A DNA stretch of 59,170 bases, filler included, from Sphacelaria rigidula (GCA_964200075.2; 9 parts of 9 records of this genome joined end to end with filler, not necessarily neighbours in it), one strand, 5' to 3'. Counted from the first letter of the whole stretch, positions 35,413-48,469 are shown. Numbers and translations: made by a program. The notes: a model not told the origin generated them from the sequence alone.

Positions 35413-36443
35413 ACAAGTTCATGTCGAGGTGGAACTTGTGCCTGAGCACCCGTAGAACTTGTGCTAGGATCATCTTGTGATACTAGAACCGTGGCGGTGA
35501 GCTCGTTTGACGTTACAAAGAGAGCCCTAATAGCTCAACACGCTCTCATTCGAGAAAGGTGGGTTGAGCTGGGTCCTAGCTTTCCTTGTGCTGCATGAAT
35601 TACTGCACCGTTGTACTGCGCAATAAAGCTGTGGTATGGTGCGATGTGGCTCGCTCCGCTTCAAAACCCCAACACGCTTCAGAACCCCAACACTGAAAAA
35701 CAGCTGATGAGGTGTAGAATGTAGGGTTTACTCTTGATGTTGCGACTCAACCCTACGAAACATTCGTGGGGTTTTACAATCCAGGGTGTAATGAGGGGAA
35801 TCTTCCATATCCCATTGCTCAAGCTTAGCCTCTCGTCTTATCTCTAGCTCCGTTCCCCCTCCCCCCTCCCCCCCCAAAAAAACTCTCTTTAATGATCCCG
35901 GAAGTGTGCGGGCGTTTTACCATGAGCGTTGGTTGCGGGTCGTGGTGTTCATGTTGCGTGTGCGTGGGGCACTGTCGAATTTCACCTGTTCTTGAACCCG
36001 TTGATTGTGGCAATGACTACATCTGTGCTGGGTTTGTGCGTCGGCAGCCTGCTTGCGAGGCAATACAAAAGAGAGTGCGCTGCTGGGGACACGTCTGTGT
36101 GGAAAACGCGGGTGGGGAGGGCCTAATCGTATTCGAGGATGTATTGTGTCCTGCAGACAGTACATACTTTCGAAGTCCTAAACGTATGGTGAAGGGTTAT
36201 GCCGGACTCTTGGTTGCGTACTGTGCTGTAGCGCTCAGCTGGCGCGTAGTGAGTCGAGCACACGTGTATCTTTTCAAAGAATACACACACAGATACTTAC
36301 TCGCCTAAACGTTTCGGGAGGAGTTACTGGAGAGACAAAACGGCGCCTAAAATGTGGCTAAATCACTGCCGATTCCCCTCGGGTTGCGCTGTTTTCCATT
36401 AACTGTTCCGTGCGCTTGTCCTATTTTTCCCGTATTTTTCCAG

Positions 36444-38590
36444 TGGGAAATCGTTCCTGGAAAGACAAATGTCTGCCGACCAAAGGGTGAAAAGCCGAAG
36501 CCTGCGGCATCGGGTGCAACAGGCAGCTCCAAGGAAGAGGACAAAAAGGCCGCGGCAGCTCCTACTATCCCCGGAAAGCCGGTGGTGATCGACGGACGCT
36601 CGGTACCCGCCTTAGAGATCACGATACGGCATCACTTTAGCTCGAAGCTTCAGCGGATGAGTACCGTTGCAAGGACACAGGTGGGGTGTATCCTGGTTGG
36701 ATGCTGAGAGCTGCGTAGCAATGCTCTTGGCGGCGTCTCGAGGGGTACGCACATCCCATGTTATCTAGCAGGAGTTTGGTCATTAAAAGGCGGTCAGTCA
36801 CATGGGGTCAGGGTCGAGTAGGTTCAAAGCTCATTGTGGTGATTCAGCCGGTTTGGCTGTCTTTCAAACGCTGGATTCCCTGCCCCACCTCGAAATTGAA
36901 TACAACGACTGCTGTTGGAAATGTTGGCAGGGTGGAGGAGGCTGGTGGGTCCTGGTCAAGGGATCCCCGGAAGCGATCGGGGCGCGACTAGCGGCAGGTC
37001 AAAGACCCGTAGGGTACGACGATCGAGCGGCAGCTCTCGCAAAGGGCGGCATGCGCGTGTTGGCGCTCGCCTACAAATGCCCGAAGTCAGATGCGGAGGG
37101 GAAGGCATGCGAGGAGTCCAGAGCGCTGGCTGAGAAGGATCTGCTCTTTGCAGGATTTGTGGCGTTTTCGTGCCGAGTGAGGAAAGACACCAGGAAAGTT
37201 GTCCTACAGCTCAGGGAGGGCGCGCACGATGTGGTGATGGTTACCGGAGATGCCATTTTGACCGCCGTGCACGTGGCTATCGAGGTGAGCATCCATGCAT
37301 TGTCCGCCTGGGTTCAGCATCCGTTTCTGTTTTATGTGTCGATATATTTTTGTGTGGGAATTCAGGATTTCTCTTGACGCTACATTTTGTGATTCGTGCG
37401 CTTGGCTAGGAGTCGGCTGATCGCGACTCGCCCTGAACAGCATCCTGGCGAGTAGACTCGTGTGGGAAGGATCCCCGTGCCGTTCGAGGCAAAAGGGTAT
37501 ATTACATGGTTGTGATGGATGGATCGGGGAGATATACATCACATGCCTCACGGCTCCATGCTATTCGGAACAAAAGGGCATAACGATAAATCTGATGGAG
37601 GAGTCGGGGATATACACAACATGCCGTAGGCGGTTGTTTTTCAACCACAATCTGTCCGAGTCAGTTTGCCATTCCCTTCATAACAGCGCCAGAGGTGGTT
37701 GAATTACTCTTGCTATTTTTTTGTGTGCGCCAGGTGGGCATCACCCTCCAAAGTGCGACCCCAGGTGCCCCCACCCAGCCGGTCCTTATTCTGAACAAAG
37801 AATCTCCCGAGGAGGGCACCGGGTTCGTGTGGACGAGCTACGACACTGGATTGGTGGAGTGTCCGCTGAGACCTGACTTTGTGCCTCGCTTGGCGCGAAC
37901 GCACACGCTGGCGATCACGGGCAAGATCCTGTCTGCCGTGCTGGAGGAATTCCCCACGATGTCTAAGCACCTGCAGCACATCAAGGTACAGTGGAGCATG
38001 ACTTGCTGGCTAATCTGGAGGTCGCCCAGCCACTCAGCTGCGCTTTGCTGGATTTTTTCATGTCGTATGTTTGGATGGGTGAACAGTTGTCATGAGTAAT
38101 GGTTGTGATTCTTGTAGATAAAAGGAGGTGCTGTGATGTTCTCATGTATTGGCATCGGGGAGGATCGCTGTGGTGTGGGGTTGTGTAGTCTGAAAAGGAA
38201 ACTGCCCGCGCCACAGGAGGACGTCGCGACCTTGGCCACGCTGACTGCTGCCGCGTGCGTGTTACAAGCACATCCCCTCTCTTGAAATGGTTTGGCAAGC
38301 AAACATCCAAATACTGCTTCCAATCCTCGTGAATCCTTCTGTAGCCCGTTCGTGCGCCTCATCCGGCATCGTCGTAGTGAAACTCGCTGGGGCACTGCCG
38401 TGCTGTTGTCATGAAGCCAAATGCGCCGATCCTGCATATGTATCGTTTTTTTACACCTTGCGTCCAGGTGTTCGCGAGAATGACCCCCGACGAGAAGGAA
38501 AGGCTATGCTTGGCATTGAAGGACTCGGGAAGGACGTGCATGATGTGCGGAGATGGAGCCAACGATGTGGGAGCATTGAAACAAGCGCAG
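36444..38590 (+). CDS. P5-type (probably P5A, Spf1/ATP13A1-like) P-type ATPase, four internal exons
   Basis: Phase-0 exons 36444-36680, 36931-37284, 37734-37985 and 38468-38590. Motifs [33 protein letters not shown]...[17 protein letters not shown] and [15 protein letters not shown]. Confidence 0.93.
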
Positions 38591-38902
38591 GTAAACAACG
38601 ATTGGGATAGTCTACGTCATGCTATCCATGATGCTCGCATGATGTGTACACCTAGCCAGGGGTGTGTGTGTGGTTTCGAGATCTCATGATGATTCGGGTG
38701 GGTTGCTCGATTGTCTTCCGTGCCCTGTGCTGTGAAACCCCCGGAGGTCGGTTGCCAGGAGCATGACTGCGCGCGTATGTTGGTGCCTGTGTTGCGTGTA
38801 AGAAGTGAAGCGAGTGTGTGTGTCGTGTGTGGTAGCCTTACACGTTTGGGGTTGCACGCGAACCGACCAACCCGACCGACGCAACTGTGGTCTGTGAGGT
38901 TT

Positions 38903-39371
38903 AAGAGACTACCAACTAGACTACTCACCAGTCAGCGCTGACTGGTGAGTAGTCTCGTTGGTAGTCTCTTTACCCATCACAAAAAGTTAGTCGCTGGTTC
39001 GATTCCCGTTGGACGTACTTTTTTTTAAGACAAAGAGGAGAGAAAACCTCTGTAAAAAATTGACCCAAAAAAGAAAAAAGGTGGGGTGTAGCCTGGTGGC
39101 TATGTTTGGAGTGTACTGCTAAGGGTCCCAGTGCACACACTCTTGGAATGAGAGGGGGAGACGAGTAACTCTAGGGTACAGTGAGAGTGTCAAAACTAGA
39201 GGTCCTGATGGCAGTCGATACAGCGCTGGCAAGGGGAGTCGCCCTCCTCAGAGTGAAAGTGATGTGGATTGAACCCCCACGACTAACTTTTGTGACGGTT
39301 CAAGAGACAATCAATTAGACTACTGACCAGTCAGCGCTTACTGGTCAGTAGTCTAGTTGGTTGTCTCTTGA
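38903..39371. repeat. Element with ~105-bp inverted arms, each a loopless palindrome plus a tRNA-like A/B box
   Basis: Palindromes 38903-38970 and 39300-39371 are both centred on AGCGCT. 38965-39007 is the inverted match of 39265-39306. Confidence 0.8.
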
Positions 39372-39415
39372 CCCTTGGACCGCGAGGATACTCTTCTGTT
39401 GAATCGGCATCAATT

Positions 39416-39515
39416 NNNNNNNNNNNNNNNNNNNNNNNNNNNNNNNNNNNNNNNNNNNNTTAATTAATTAANNNNNNNNNNNNNNNNNNNNNNNNNNNNN
39501 NNNNNNNNNNNNNNN
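39416..39515. other. Artificial contig linker
   Basis: N44-TTAATTAATTAA-N44. Confidence 0.99.
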
Positions 39516-39953
39516 GGAAAGCACGGCTTTTGAGTTGAACCTCATTTTTTTTTTCAACCCCATTTTCGAAAATCGGCTGTTAGTAGCTGGAAAAAAGACG
39601 GGAAAATATACCATGACTTGACGAATCAAATATCCCATCAACTAATGAAATATGGGTCGTTGTGCAAAAACAATTGAAATACATGAACTTATCCTCAACC
39701 CCCCCCCCAAACAAAAATACGAAGTAAAAACAAAAATAGAACCATAGGTCACTGTGAAGGGAGGGATCAAAGGCGACGAAACACTAAAGTAGTTGAAGGG
39801 TGGACAAAACAAAATCAAGGCGTAAGCCCCGCGTATGTTATCGTACACAGCCGTCATGTCAACTGCTGCTGAGCAACGGCATTGGTTGCCCCGAGTTCGC
39901 CGGCGTGAAGAAGCCACGATGCCCCCGCAGTGAATTGACGATGGGTTACCTCA

Positions 39954-40030
39954 TGAAGTGAAGTGAAGTGAAGAACCGTTGCCCCATGATGTGAAGTGAA
40001 GAGACGTTGCCCCATAACATGAAGTGAAGA
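39954..40030. repeat. (GTGAA)n-rich short tandem repeat
   Basis: Runs of tgaagtgaagtgaag interleaved with two copies of cgttgccccat. Confidence 0.6.
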
Positions 40031-43000
40031 TACCGCTTGTCGAGTAGATATGCTGTGTCGAATCGTTGGCCGATGTGAATATACCAGTGTAGTGGCGACA
40101 TCTTGTGACGGGTAGCGGAAGCGAATCTAAACGACTTGACCCGCACAATGACTTTTCACAATGCCGTACATCAATCAATCATACTGGCGGCTTTTCATCA
40201 TTGCCGAGCGTTACACATTTTTCGCCCCCAAGGTGACTCCGGCACAGAGCTCCGTGGTCGCCGGTCAGAAATTCATACGGACACACAAAGAGTCATCCGA
40301 ACAATTTCTCGAGCAGTCCTGTGCTTGCTCTCAGTGTTTGGTACCAAGGAACAGACAGCGCAAACACGCTGCCGCCGCACCCAGTGCAGTTCAAACATCA
40401 TGCGATCACGTACCTGGCTAACATGGGCAGGCACACGGGCACCGGCTCTACAGGAGCTTTTTCTTTTACAGTACACACCTGAATGATGAACGCAGATTGT
40501 AGTCTCGCTATACCTCCCGGCACCCAATACACACAACTGCCAGCTATGCGCCTGGTACTCACGCATGCACGAATGTATCAGCCTCATGACACTCCATTCT
40601 TTAGTAGTGGGTCAACAGCACTCACCTCCAGCATACGAAGCGCTTTGTACAGAAGGTGCACGTTGTAACATCCAGACCTGCTATGGGAGAATGTTTACTG
40701 TACTGTAGTGAGAGCCTTGAACAGAATTTTCAGAACTCGCTCATTTTCCGGTGCAAGCTTGTGTGCAGGCGAACGCATGCTGTCTGCAGCGTTTTGTAGT
40801 GATGGTGTGCGTGGGTTACCACGCCGTGAACACGCAGGGCCGTGTATAAGGGTGCGGGACAGGATGTACTTACAGTGCCACTTTGGCGTGGGAAATATCA
40901 AAGCACGAGATAGCTGTGTGTTACAGCGCTGATCTGTCCAGCTCGATGGTTGCCTCTAGAGACCAACCGGTATGTACATTTTTGGCACCTACAAACGCAT
41001 GACCGGCGCTTGGCGGACCCCACGCTAAAATATAAAGCACGATTGCTGCGCTACACCGTATGCGGACACAACGCGAAACAGTGCAGCTCTACAGCGATGC
41101 GACTATGCAGTACTGCTTATCTCCTCGATTGGTCACCATGTCGTGGTCTGGCCACGAGGTGATACTGGTATCACTCTCAAAGAACATACCAGACCAGGGG
41201 TGACACGATGTCAGCGGCTGGCCGCAGTGAACAATCGCAGAAGAGAGGAGCGATCCTCGAACTCGTGAGTAACAGACCCTTGAGTCCGATCAGCACTGCA
41301 TCTTAAGGCCAACCAGGGGCTCACTTTCACGTGCAGAAGAGTGCTCTCTTGACTTGTTTGCAAGCGAGATGTCTCCAGATGGTGGCTGATAGCTTTGTTA
41401 TTGGGCTTGCTAGGTAGGTAAAACGATGCTGCTAGGTAGCTGGAAAGTTATGACAGACTGGGTACGTAACACATCAAACTGGATCATAACATTAATATGC
41501 GAATGGAATACGACCTATTGCACATACCATGCGTGCTTCGAAACGCCTACTATATGTACAGCCGATATCTGCCGTAACAGTGCGTATCACTTTTTTCCCC
41601 CTGCATTGCTTCTTCTCCCTCTCGTGCGGGAGGCAGTCCGCGTTTCGACCTGCGACAATACCCATATCCCCTTGCGCGGGACTGCCGCCCTCCTTGAAGT
41701 CGCTGATCTGTTCGCGTGCTGCTTTACCGTCTCGGTATCACTTGTTTCTCGCCCTAGCTTGCTAGATTAGAACGGCGCATGATTTCTCGTTATGCTCCTT
41801 TTCCATCATAGGAAAAGGAGAAAAAAAAATCGAAAGCGTGATGCAAAGCCGAGCAATCTATATGTGCATGTATCATTTCACAATTTTCACCACTTTTGCC
41901 GAGTTTTCTCTGGCAGCAAGGCATCTTATCCCGCACTTTCTTTTGCAGTGCACGAAGAAGGTGCAGCGGTACATTATCTCTCAGGTTTGGGTGTCATCTG
42001 ATACCTGTGGCGCATTTTCTGGCCATCGAAAATCGCCCACACTGGCTCTTTTTCGCGGGGTGTCGATCCCGAACCAAAAACGCCTTCTCAAGATCGTGGA
42101 AAACTTTAAACAGCAACCACAAAAGCCTGTTCATGGCGGTTATATCTTCACCGTGTAATTTTCTTTGCGTTGTCGACGATTTGGGAGCACGAAGACAGCG
42201 GTTATGCACCGAGTGTCAAGAGAACATGAGAACAAAGAAGTTAAAAACAATCGAACATTGCCTTGCCCTCAGTCAGCAACAAACACAAGTCGAATGATCT
42301 TAGATCCTCTGTCGTGAAGCCTCCAGCACCGTCATATCTAAGTCATGGGGGTCCCAGTTGTGCGAACTCAACGGTGCACGAGATCATGTTGAAGATTATC
42401 AATCCTGGTTTGTTTTGTCTTATTTTTTCAAGTCAAAGTGATTTCGATTCATCAGATGATGAAATCCTTTGACCGCCAGCGTTCAGGTCCTCCTACGAAT
42501 CGCGATCACTTTGACTTTAAAAAATAGTATACAACTCAGAGCCATCGTATAAACCATGAAGCCGGGAGCCGCGTTTGAGATACCTCTAAGAAAAATATGT
42601 TGAAACAGGATGACGGTGTTGATCCTTTGACCTCGAGGACAGATCACCTGCTGAATTAGCATGAATATTTATTTGAAAATAGTTTGCGTGATCTAGATGG
42701 AGTACCAGCACCGCGGTCCAAGGTTTGAAACCGTACAGACATGCGAACCCAACAGTCGTTATCGTTCTACGTTGAGCAGATCCACGAGTCCTGTCCATAG
42801 GAAACTTCTGACCACAAGGAAAGTTCCTTGGGTGTCGGCTAGACTGCTATAAACGACGTTTACGTGAGATTGAGAGAACAGCGCTGATTGAGACTTGCGT
42901 CGATCATTCGTTTTAACTAAGCCAATTTTTCATTTCGTGTGTGTTTTTCTTTATCTCTATCGCTGGCGTGTGCTTCCAGCTACACGTCGATATTCTACTC

Positions 43001-43726
43001 AGGGATGCCAAGGGCCTCAGTGGCAAGCTACTACAGAGATCATATCGGGCCTCGTGGAGATGCATTCCGGGACTGAAACGATTCATGCTCTAGTTGACCG
43101 CCTTTCGCTCTCAATCGTAACCTCTACTCTCAATCTCACGAAAAAATTGTTTATAGGAGGTTTTGTTGAAATGTCTGTGTACCTTAGTAGCCACGGTACT
43201 ATGAAGAAGTCCTGCATGCCAAGCTACACCATTTGTACATGGATCAGTCATACGAACTGCTACATATCCATCGACAGAGCACTCTCCCGTGTGAGAGACT
43301 GACTGGTAACAGGTGAGCTAGACATAGTCCTGTACACAGGGCTGCACCTACCGTGCTGTTAATGTACGGCAAAGGGCTTGGGTCTGGTGAAACAATAATC
43401 ACTGTAAGCAGGTAAACCAGAATGTCCTCCATGCGGGGCTACAACATCAGACGCATTCCAATACTCAATACTTCGGGAAGTTGCTCCCGTTATCATCTGT
43501 TGTTGTCACGGGAGCTACCTGGCACTTTGCCGCCGGCCTCAGTCCGGCTGATCATGTTTCCAACAGACGTGTATCCGAGTGTTCCACGCACCAGAATATC
43601 TCGGGACGTTGCTCTCGTCTAGCAAGAGAGCTACTTGACACTCTGGCACCACGGGATTACCACACATGTTTTACGCGGTAGATTAAGCCGTCTCTGGCCA
43701 ACGTTAATGGGAGCCATTCAAAATTT

Positions 43727-44137
43727 TGTCGAAAACTGTCTTTTGAGCCCTACTCCGTCGATTTCCCCCCGAGAAGAGGGGTAGGCGGATGTTGGCACCT
43801 TGGAATGACTTGCTCTTCTACTCGTAGAGACCGTTCTAGGGCAACTTTGCATTTCCCGCTAGCCGCACTTTTGTTTTTGGCCAAATGACGCCAAACATGG
43901 ATTTTCAGTGAGAAACGGTTACGTGATCGATTTTCCCCCCTGTTTTTTGAGCGCTTAACCGTTTTTCACTGAAAATCTGTGTTTGGCCAAAAATAAAAGT
44001 GCGGCCAGCGGGAAATGCAAAGTTGCCCTGGAACGTTCTCAATGAGTAGAGCAAGTCATTCCAAGGCGTCAACATCCTCCTAGCCCTTTTTTCAGGCGTA
44101 AAACGACGGAGAAGGGCCCAAAAGGCGGTTTCGAACA
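43727..44137. mobile_element. Foldback element, ~185-bp imperfect inverted arms
   Basis: For example ccttggaatgacttgctct...agggcaactttgcatttcccgct versus agcgggaaatgcaaagttgccct...agagcaagtcattccaagg. Loop of ~37 bp at 43921-43957. Confidence 0.85.
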
Positions 44138-44454
44138 TGAGTTGTCAAGTTTCAGAGACGTTGTCAGGGTTGGGTAAGTTTATATTACATTGTTTCGTCG
44201 CAGTCATAATAACAACTAAACTGCTTCAAGCGACAAGAATGGTGGTGCTGATGAAAATACGCGGGTGGCCACTGGGGTGCCTGAAACCTCGAAGTTGGAC
44301 GCCACAGACGTTGTGCAAGGTCTGTAACGTCCAAACTTTAGGTTACAGGCACCCCAGTGGCCACCCGTGTAGCGGTGACACAATCGCCAACAGCGGTGAC
44401 GGTGACAGCCACGATGTCGACACCCATGCTTACAATGACCAACAGCATTCGCCA

Positions 44455-44860
44455 GGTACTTGGAAATTTGTGAATGAAATTGGAGACGGAGCTTGCCTGC
44501 TACAATGTATTGCCCGTCATGATTTCACCGACCCAAATGCGCACACATTAGTGAGAATGCAACTTATCCAATACATTTCCGAACACGTTCATGATCCAAT
44601 TCCGAATTTCGGGGGAATTACTCTGCATGCTTCAATCTCTGCTGGAACTGCTCACGAACAGATACGAATTGCTGGTAACCCCGACCAAACATACAAGAGC
44701 GTTCAACACTACATTATGCTACACATGTCGAAATTATCGCCGCCCAACAATTGTACAACCTTCACATCGGTGTTGTTCAAGTTAATAAACCTAATCCGGA
44801 GGCACCATCCGATGAAACATGCAATGTTGTTTTCAGCCAGGATCACCATTGTACATTGCG
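44455..44860 (+). pseudogene. OTU-like cysteine protease (deubiquitinase) domain, frameshifted
   Basis: GDGACLLQCIA...H.LVR..LIQYI in ORF 44137-44883; after a frame change near 44725 it continues VEIIAAQQLYNLHIGVV...VVFSQDHH. Cys and His boxes occur in OTU order. Confidence 0.65.
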
Positions 44861-45926
44861 AGATACAAAACAATCCTCTCTGAACTACATATTTTCGACT
44901 CGCGTTACCCCCGGAAGGCCCGTACCAACCTTCCGAAGGGGAACCTTGTATATTTATATATATATATGTCATGTTTTGAGATTTTCTTGGAGACAATGAA
45001 GCGACACTGCATACTTTTCGTGTCATCATCGTGAAGTAATGCATGCCAACATGTATTGGACATGCACTTGCTACGGGGATAAATTATTCACCATATGTTG
45101 TTCATGCCGGCCGTATATTGAAATGTCAATATACATGGAGTCAAAGCGATGCACAACATATTGTGATGATGCATATTGAACACAAATCATGCAAACTAAT
45201 TGTTTCCCCGATATATATTTCGCACGCTCGTCGCGTAGCTATTGTGCAGCCAATATACATTGGACACCCTCGCAAAGAAATGTATTGAGTGTTTTCGGCA
45301 TCTGGGGATACAGCTTTCAATCGTGTTCGCGAAAATAAAAGTGCCCATCCTACGAATTCCTACACAATCTTCAATGAACAAACTGAACCCGTCATAGATA
45401 CGGCTCCACCACGTACATTGTGACGGTCGATTCCCTCGAGTTTTGTTCGCCCAATATATCGGACGCATTGACGCACGATATGCTGGAGCGGCAAAGCATG
45501 TTGCCGCTTCGCGTGTCGAGCATATCGAATCGTCGACTTCTCTTGACCTCGTTTGGCAGCCAATAGACTACTCGACATATATATATTGACACCTTACCGC
45601 ATCACGACGTTACTCGACCAATGACTGTTCAGGTGCACACGTGGACAAGTAGCACCCTGCGGGGCACGTCTACAGGGTTCAGGGAAACTATGCAGTGTTC
45701 CTCTCGGGGATCTGGCTGTAGTTTTTGTTTGCGCCTCACAGGACGCTTCACAGGATTTCAGGAAAACTGCGCAGTGTTTCTCGCGGGGATTTGCCTGTAG
45801 GATATTATTTTGTGCTATACAGGGCACTTCACAGGGTTTCGTCACTCCGTGTAGAATTCATCACTGTTAATATGCTGTACAGCCTTTACCGTGAACATAC
45901 AATATACTCCATACAGCATGGGCATG

Positions 45927-45928
<2 letters not shown>

Positions 45929-45959
<31 letters not shown>
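45929..45959. repeat. (TAT)n microsatellite
   Basis: About 10 perfect TAT units. Confidence 0.95.
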
Positions 45960-46000
45960 TCCGCACATTAGCCGATCTCGCGAACCCGTGGTCACAGACG

Positions 46001-46100
46001 NNNNNNNNNNNNNNNNNNNNNNNNNNNNNNNNNNNNNNNNNNNNTTAATTAATTAANNNNNNNNNNNNNNNNNNNNNNNNNNNNNNNNNNNNNNNNNNNN
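46001..46100. other. Artificial contig linker
   Basis: N44-TTAATTAATTAA-N44. Confidence 0.99.
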
Positions 46101-47150
46101 TGTCTTAATCGTTTGATCATCGACCACGCATCCCTTTCGAGACGGAGCACCGTTCCTCCTCTCATAGAGACAACTCCAACATCCCGGCGCTCATTACGTT
46201 TCTTCCATACATAACACAAAAACCTTTTACGTATCTCATCCCCGTCTGTTTCGCCGTCTCTGGCCACCATCTATCTCCTAGTATAGCCATAGTTTTTCCC
46301 CTACCGTCTAACGCATCAAACGATTTCATGCCACCTTAGTTCACGTCCCGTATTTTCCCCTCTAGCACGTCCTGTTCCTCCTTGTATAGTTCACATTCTG
46401 TCACTATATAACTTCTGCTCTCTATTGCTTCACCACAGGGGCAATTCTGTGCATATACTTCCTCCTCCTTCCGACGACTGGTATATCTCTTTCCTCTTTC
46501 TGGCAGGTGCAAGTCCCCCACCCGGAATCGCAGTTTCATATTTTTCGCAGCGTCCATTGGGCCACGTAAACATGATTTCATCCCTATCCCCTCTCTCAAC
46601 CCCCCGTGTATCTTCAGGCGTTCTTTCCCGTCTACTTTACGTCTGAGCGTTCTTTTCTTCCATATTTCTATAATGTCTCTTACTTTTGTCTTGTACCTCG
46701 CGCCTTGAGATATGGACAGTATTTCGTCTTGGTTTCCTCCTTTCTTCTTCCCCACTTTTTCGACGTTTTTATCCCACCTTATGGCACGTCCTTTCGTACT
46801 TTTTTTCCTAGCTGGCAATCTCTTTCTCGGCATGTTCTTTAAGCTATATTGCCATCACATTTTCCTCGTGTCTCTATTTGTTTCAAGCCAGTGCATTCCT
46901 AACTCTGCTCTCAATGCTGTATTACTCGTCGTTTTCGAGAATCCAAGTAGCTTCTCAGCTGCTGCCATCTGTACTGTTTCCGCTTCTTCACCAACTTCAC
47001 GTTCCCCTCCCATACTTCCGCACATCACAGCTTTGGTACGATCACGTTCATGAGGATACATCGCTTAACCCTAGTGTCTAGCGGGTCTCTGAGGATCACG
47101 CCCACCCTTCCTATCTGTGCCGTACCCTTTTCCATTACTTTGCTGATGGG
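46101..47150 (-). mobile_element. Decayed non-LTR retrotransposon (LINE), 3' ~1 kb of ORF2
   Basis: RVKRCILMNVIVPKL / EVW / AAAEKLLGFSKTTSNTALRAELG resemble the region downstream of a LINE reverse transcriptase; KLRFRVG...CPCGEAIESRSYIVTEC is a degenerate C-terminal CCHC knuckle. Several stops and frameshifts. Its 3' end matches the short C-tailed repeats. Confidence 0.85.
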
Positions 47151-47284
47151 GTGCAGGTCGCACCTTCCTGATGGGGGGCGCACAATGCTATAGTTAGGTT
47201 TGCTGAAAAAATACAGATTTGGAGATGCCCATGGAATACTATATGTCAGAGTCATACCTACTGAGAATGTTCACGGAGAAAATG

Positions 47285-47449
47285 CCCATACTTAAGTGGA
47301 GAGCGACTATGTCGTGGGTACACAAAATTCGACTTTACGGTCGACGAGGGAAAGGGACTGCTGAACCCNNNNNNNNNNGCTGATGCGCCCATATATCTCG
47401 AAAGGGGTAGACTGGCGCCCAGAATAAATGGGACGACAACACACACACT
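47285..47449 (+). mobile_element. SINE family 1 fragment spanning a 10-N gap
   Basis: agtggagagcgactatgtcgtgggtacacaaaattcgact...gagggaaagggactgctgaaccc N10 ...atgggacgacaacacacacac. Confidence 0.8.
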
Positions 47450-48469
47450 CAGAAAATAGTGTGGGAACGTTTGATATTTGCTCTCAAAATTGTCCGCTTT
47501 TCCTCAGTTTTTCGACGTTTGATCGCCCAGTACTCACCACAACCACGGTGAACTCTCCCGTACAAACCTCCTTCCGTCGTAAACGGAGCGCCGGAGAATC
47601 ATTGGGCCACCGATATGCCATGGCGGTGGAGATAGCGCTGGCCATTCTGGCAGGCGACTCGATGGCACCGAACGGATCTCTACGTCCACTCATGGAGCCC
47701 TACGGTGTTGGCTCCGAGTACCCGAAAAAGCTATGGAAAAGCTGCAAAGATCTGATGGACGACACCGGGGAGCTCGACCCCTTGAAAAATGTCGGAATGG
47801 GCAGCCGTTGCTTCTTACTCCAACAACGGCCGCGGCGCTCCGGACGGTCAACAAGCACAATCGGCTGTTTCCGCTACTGCACCCCCCCCCCCTCGCCACG
47901 TGACTGCGGCCTGCAAGATCGTGAGAACACCCTGCCCCCTCCCGGAACAGGAATAGGGGCGGAATACTGCCATTTTCGGGCCGACTGATTGTTTTTCGGC
48001 CGTTTGTCCATGCAGGATGGCATGCAAACAAACATTACAATAGAGACTTCAACTCAAGAAGCGCAAAAAATATGAAAAAACACGATCGCCTACGGAATGG
48101 GGCACCCGTAAGGGCTCTCGCAAACGGAACGGACTTCACTCATGGCACAGAGGAACTACAGATATATCAACCACATCCATGAGGTCTTGAAATTCGACTC
48201 TGCAACACGAGAGAAAAAGCGCGCTACCAAAATATCCCGTACAAATACACCACAATACAACTCCACAATATATGTATGACATTCAGACTTCTCTCCCCAA
48301 GACATACCTCGCTAGGGGCGGTGTGAGATATGGTCGCCGAAATTTATGAGAAATCTCGGGGCGGATTCTTTATGCCAGAGTGGAGGGGGCGATATACTCT
48401 GCATACCCAGACGGACAGACGTACGCAGACAGAGAGATGACATGGCATGTACGGTAGGTAATGGATCAC

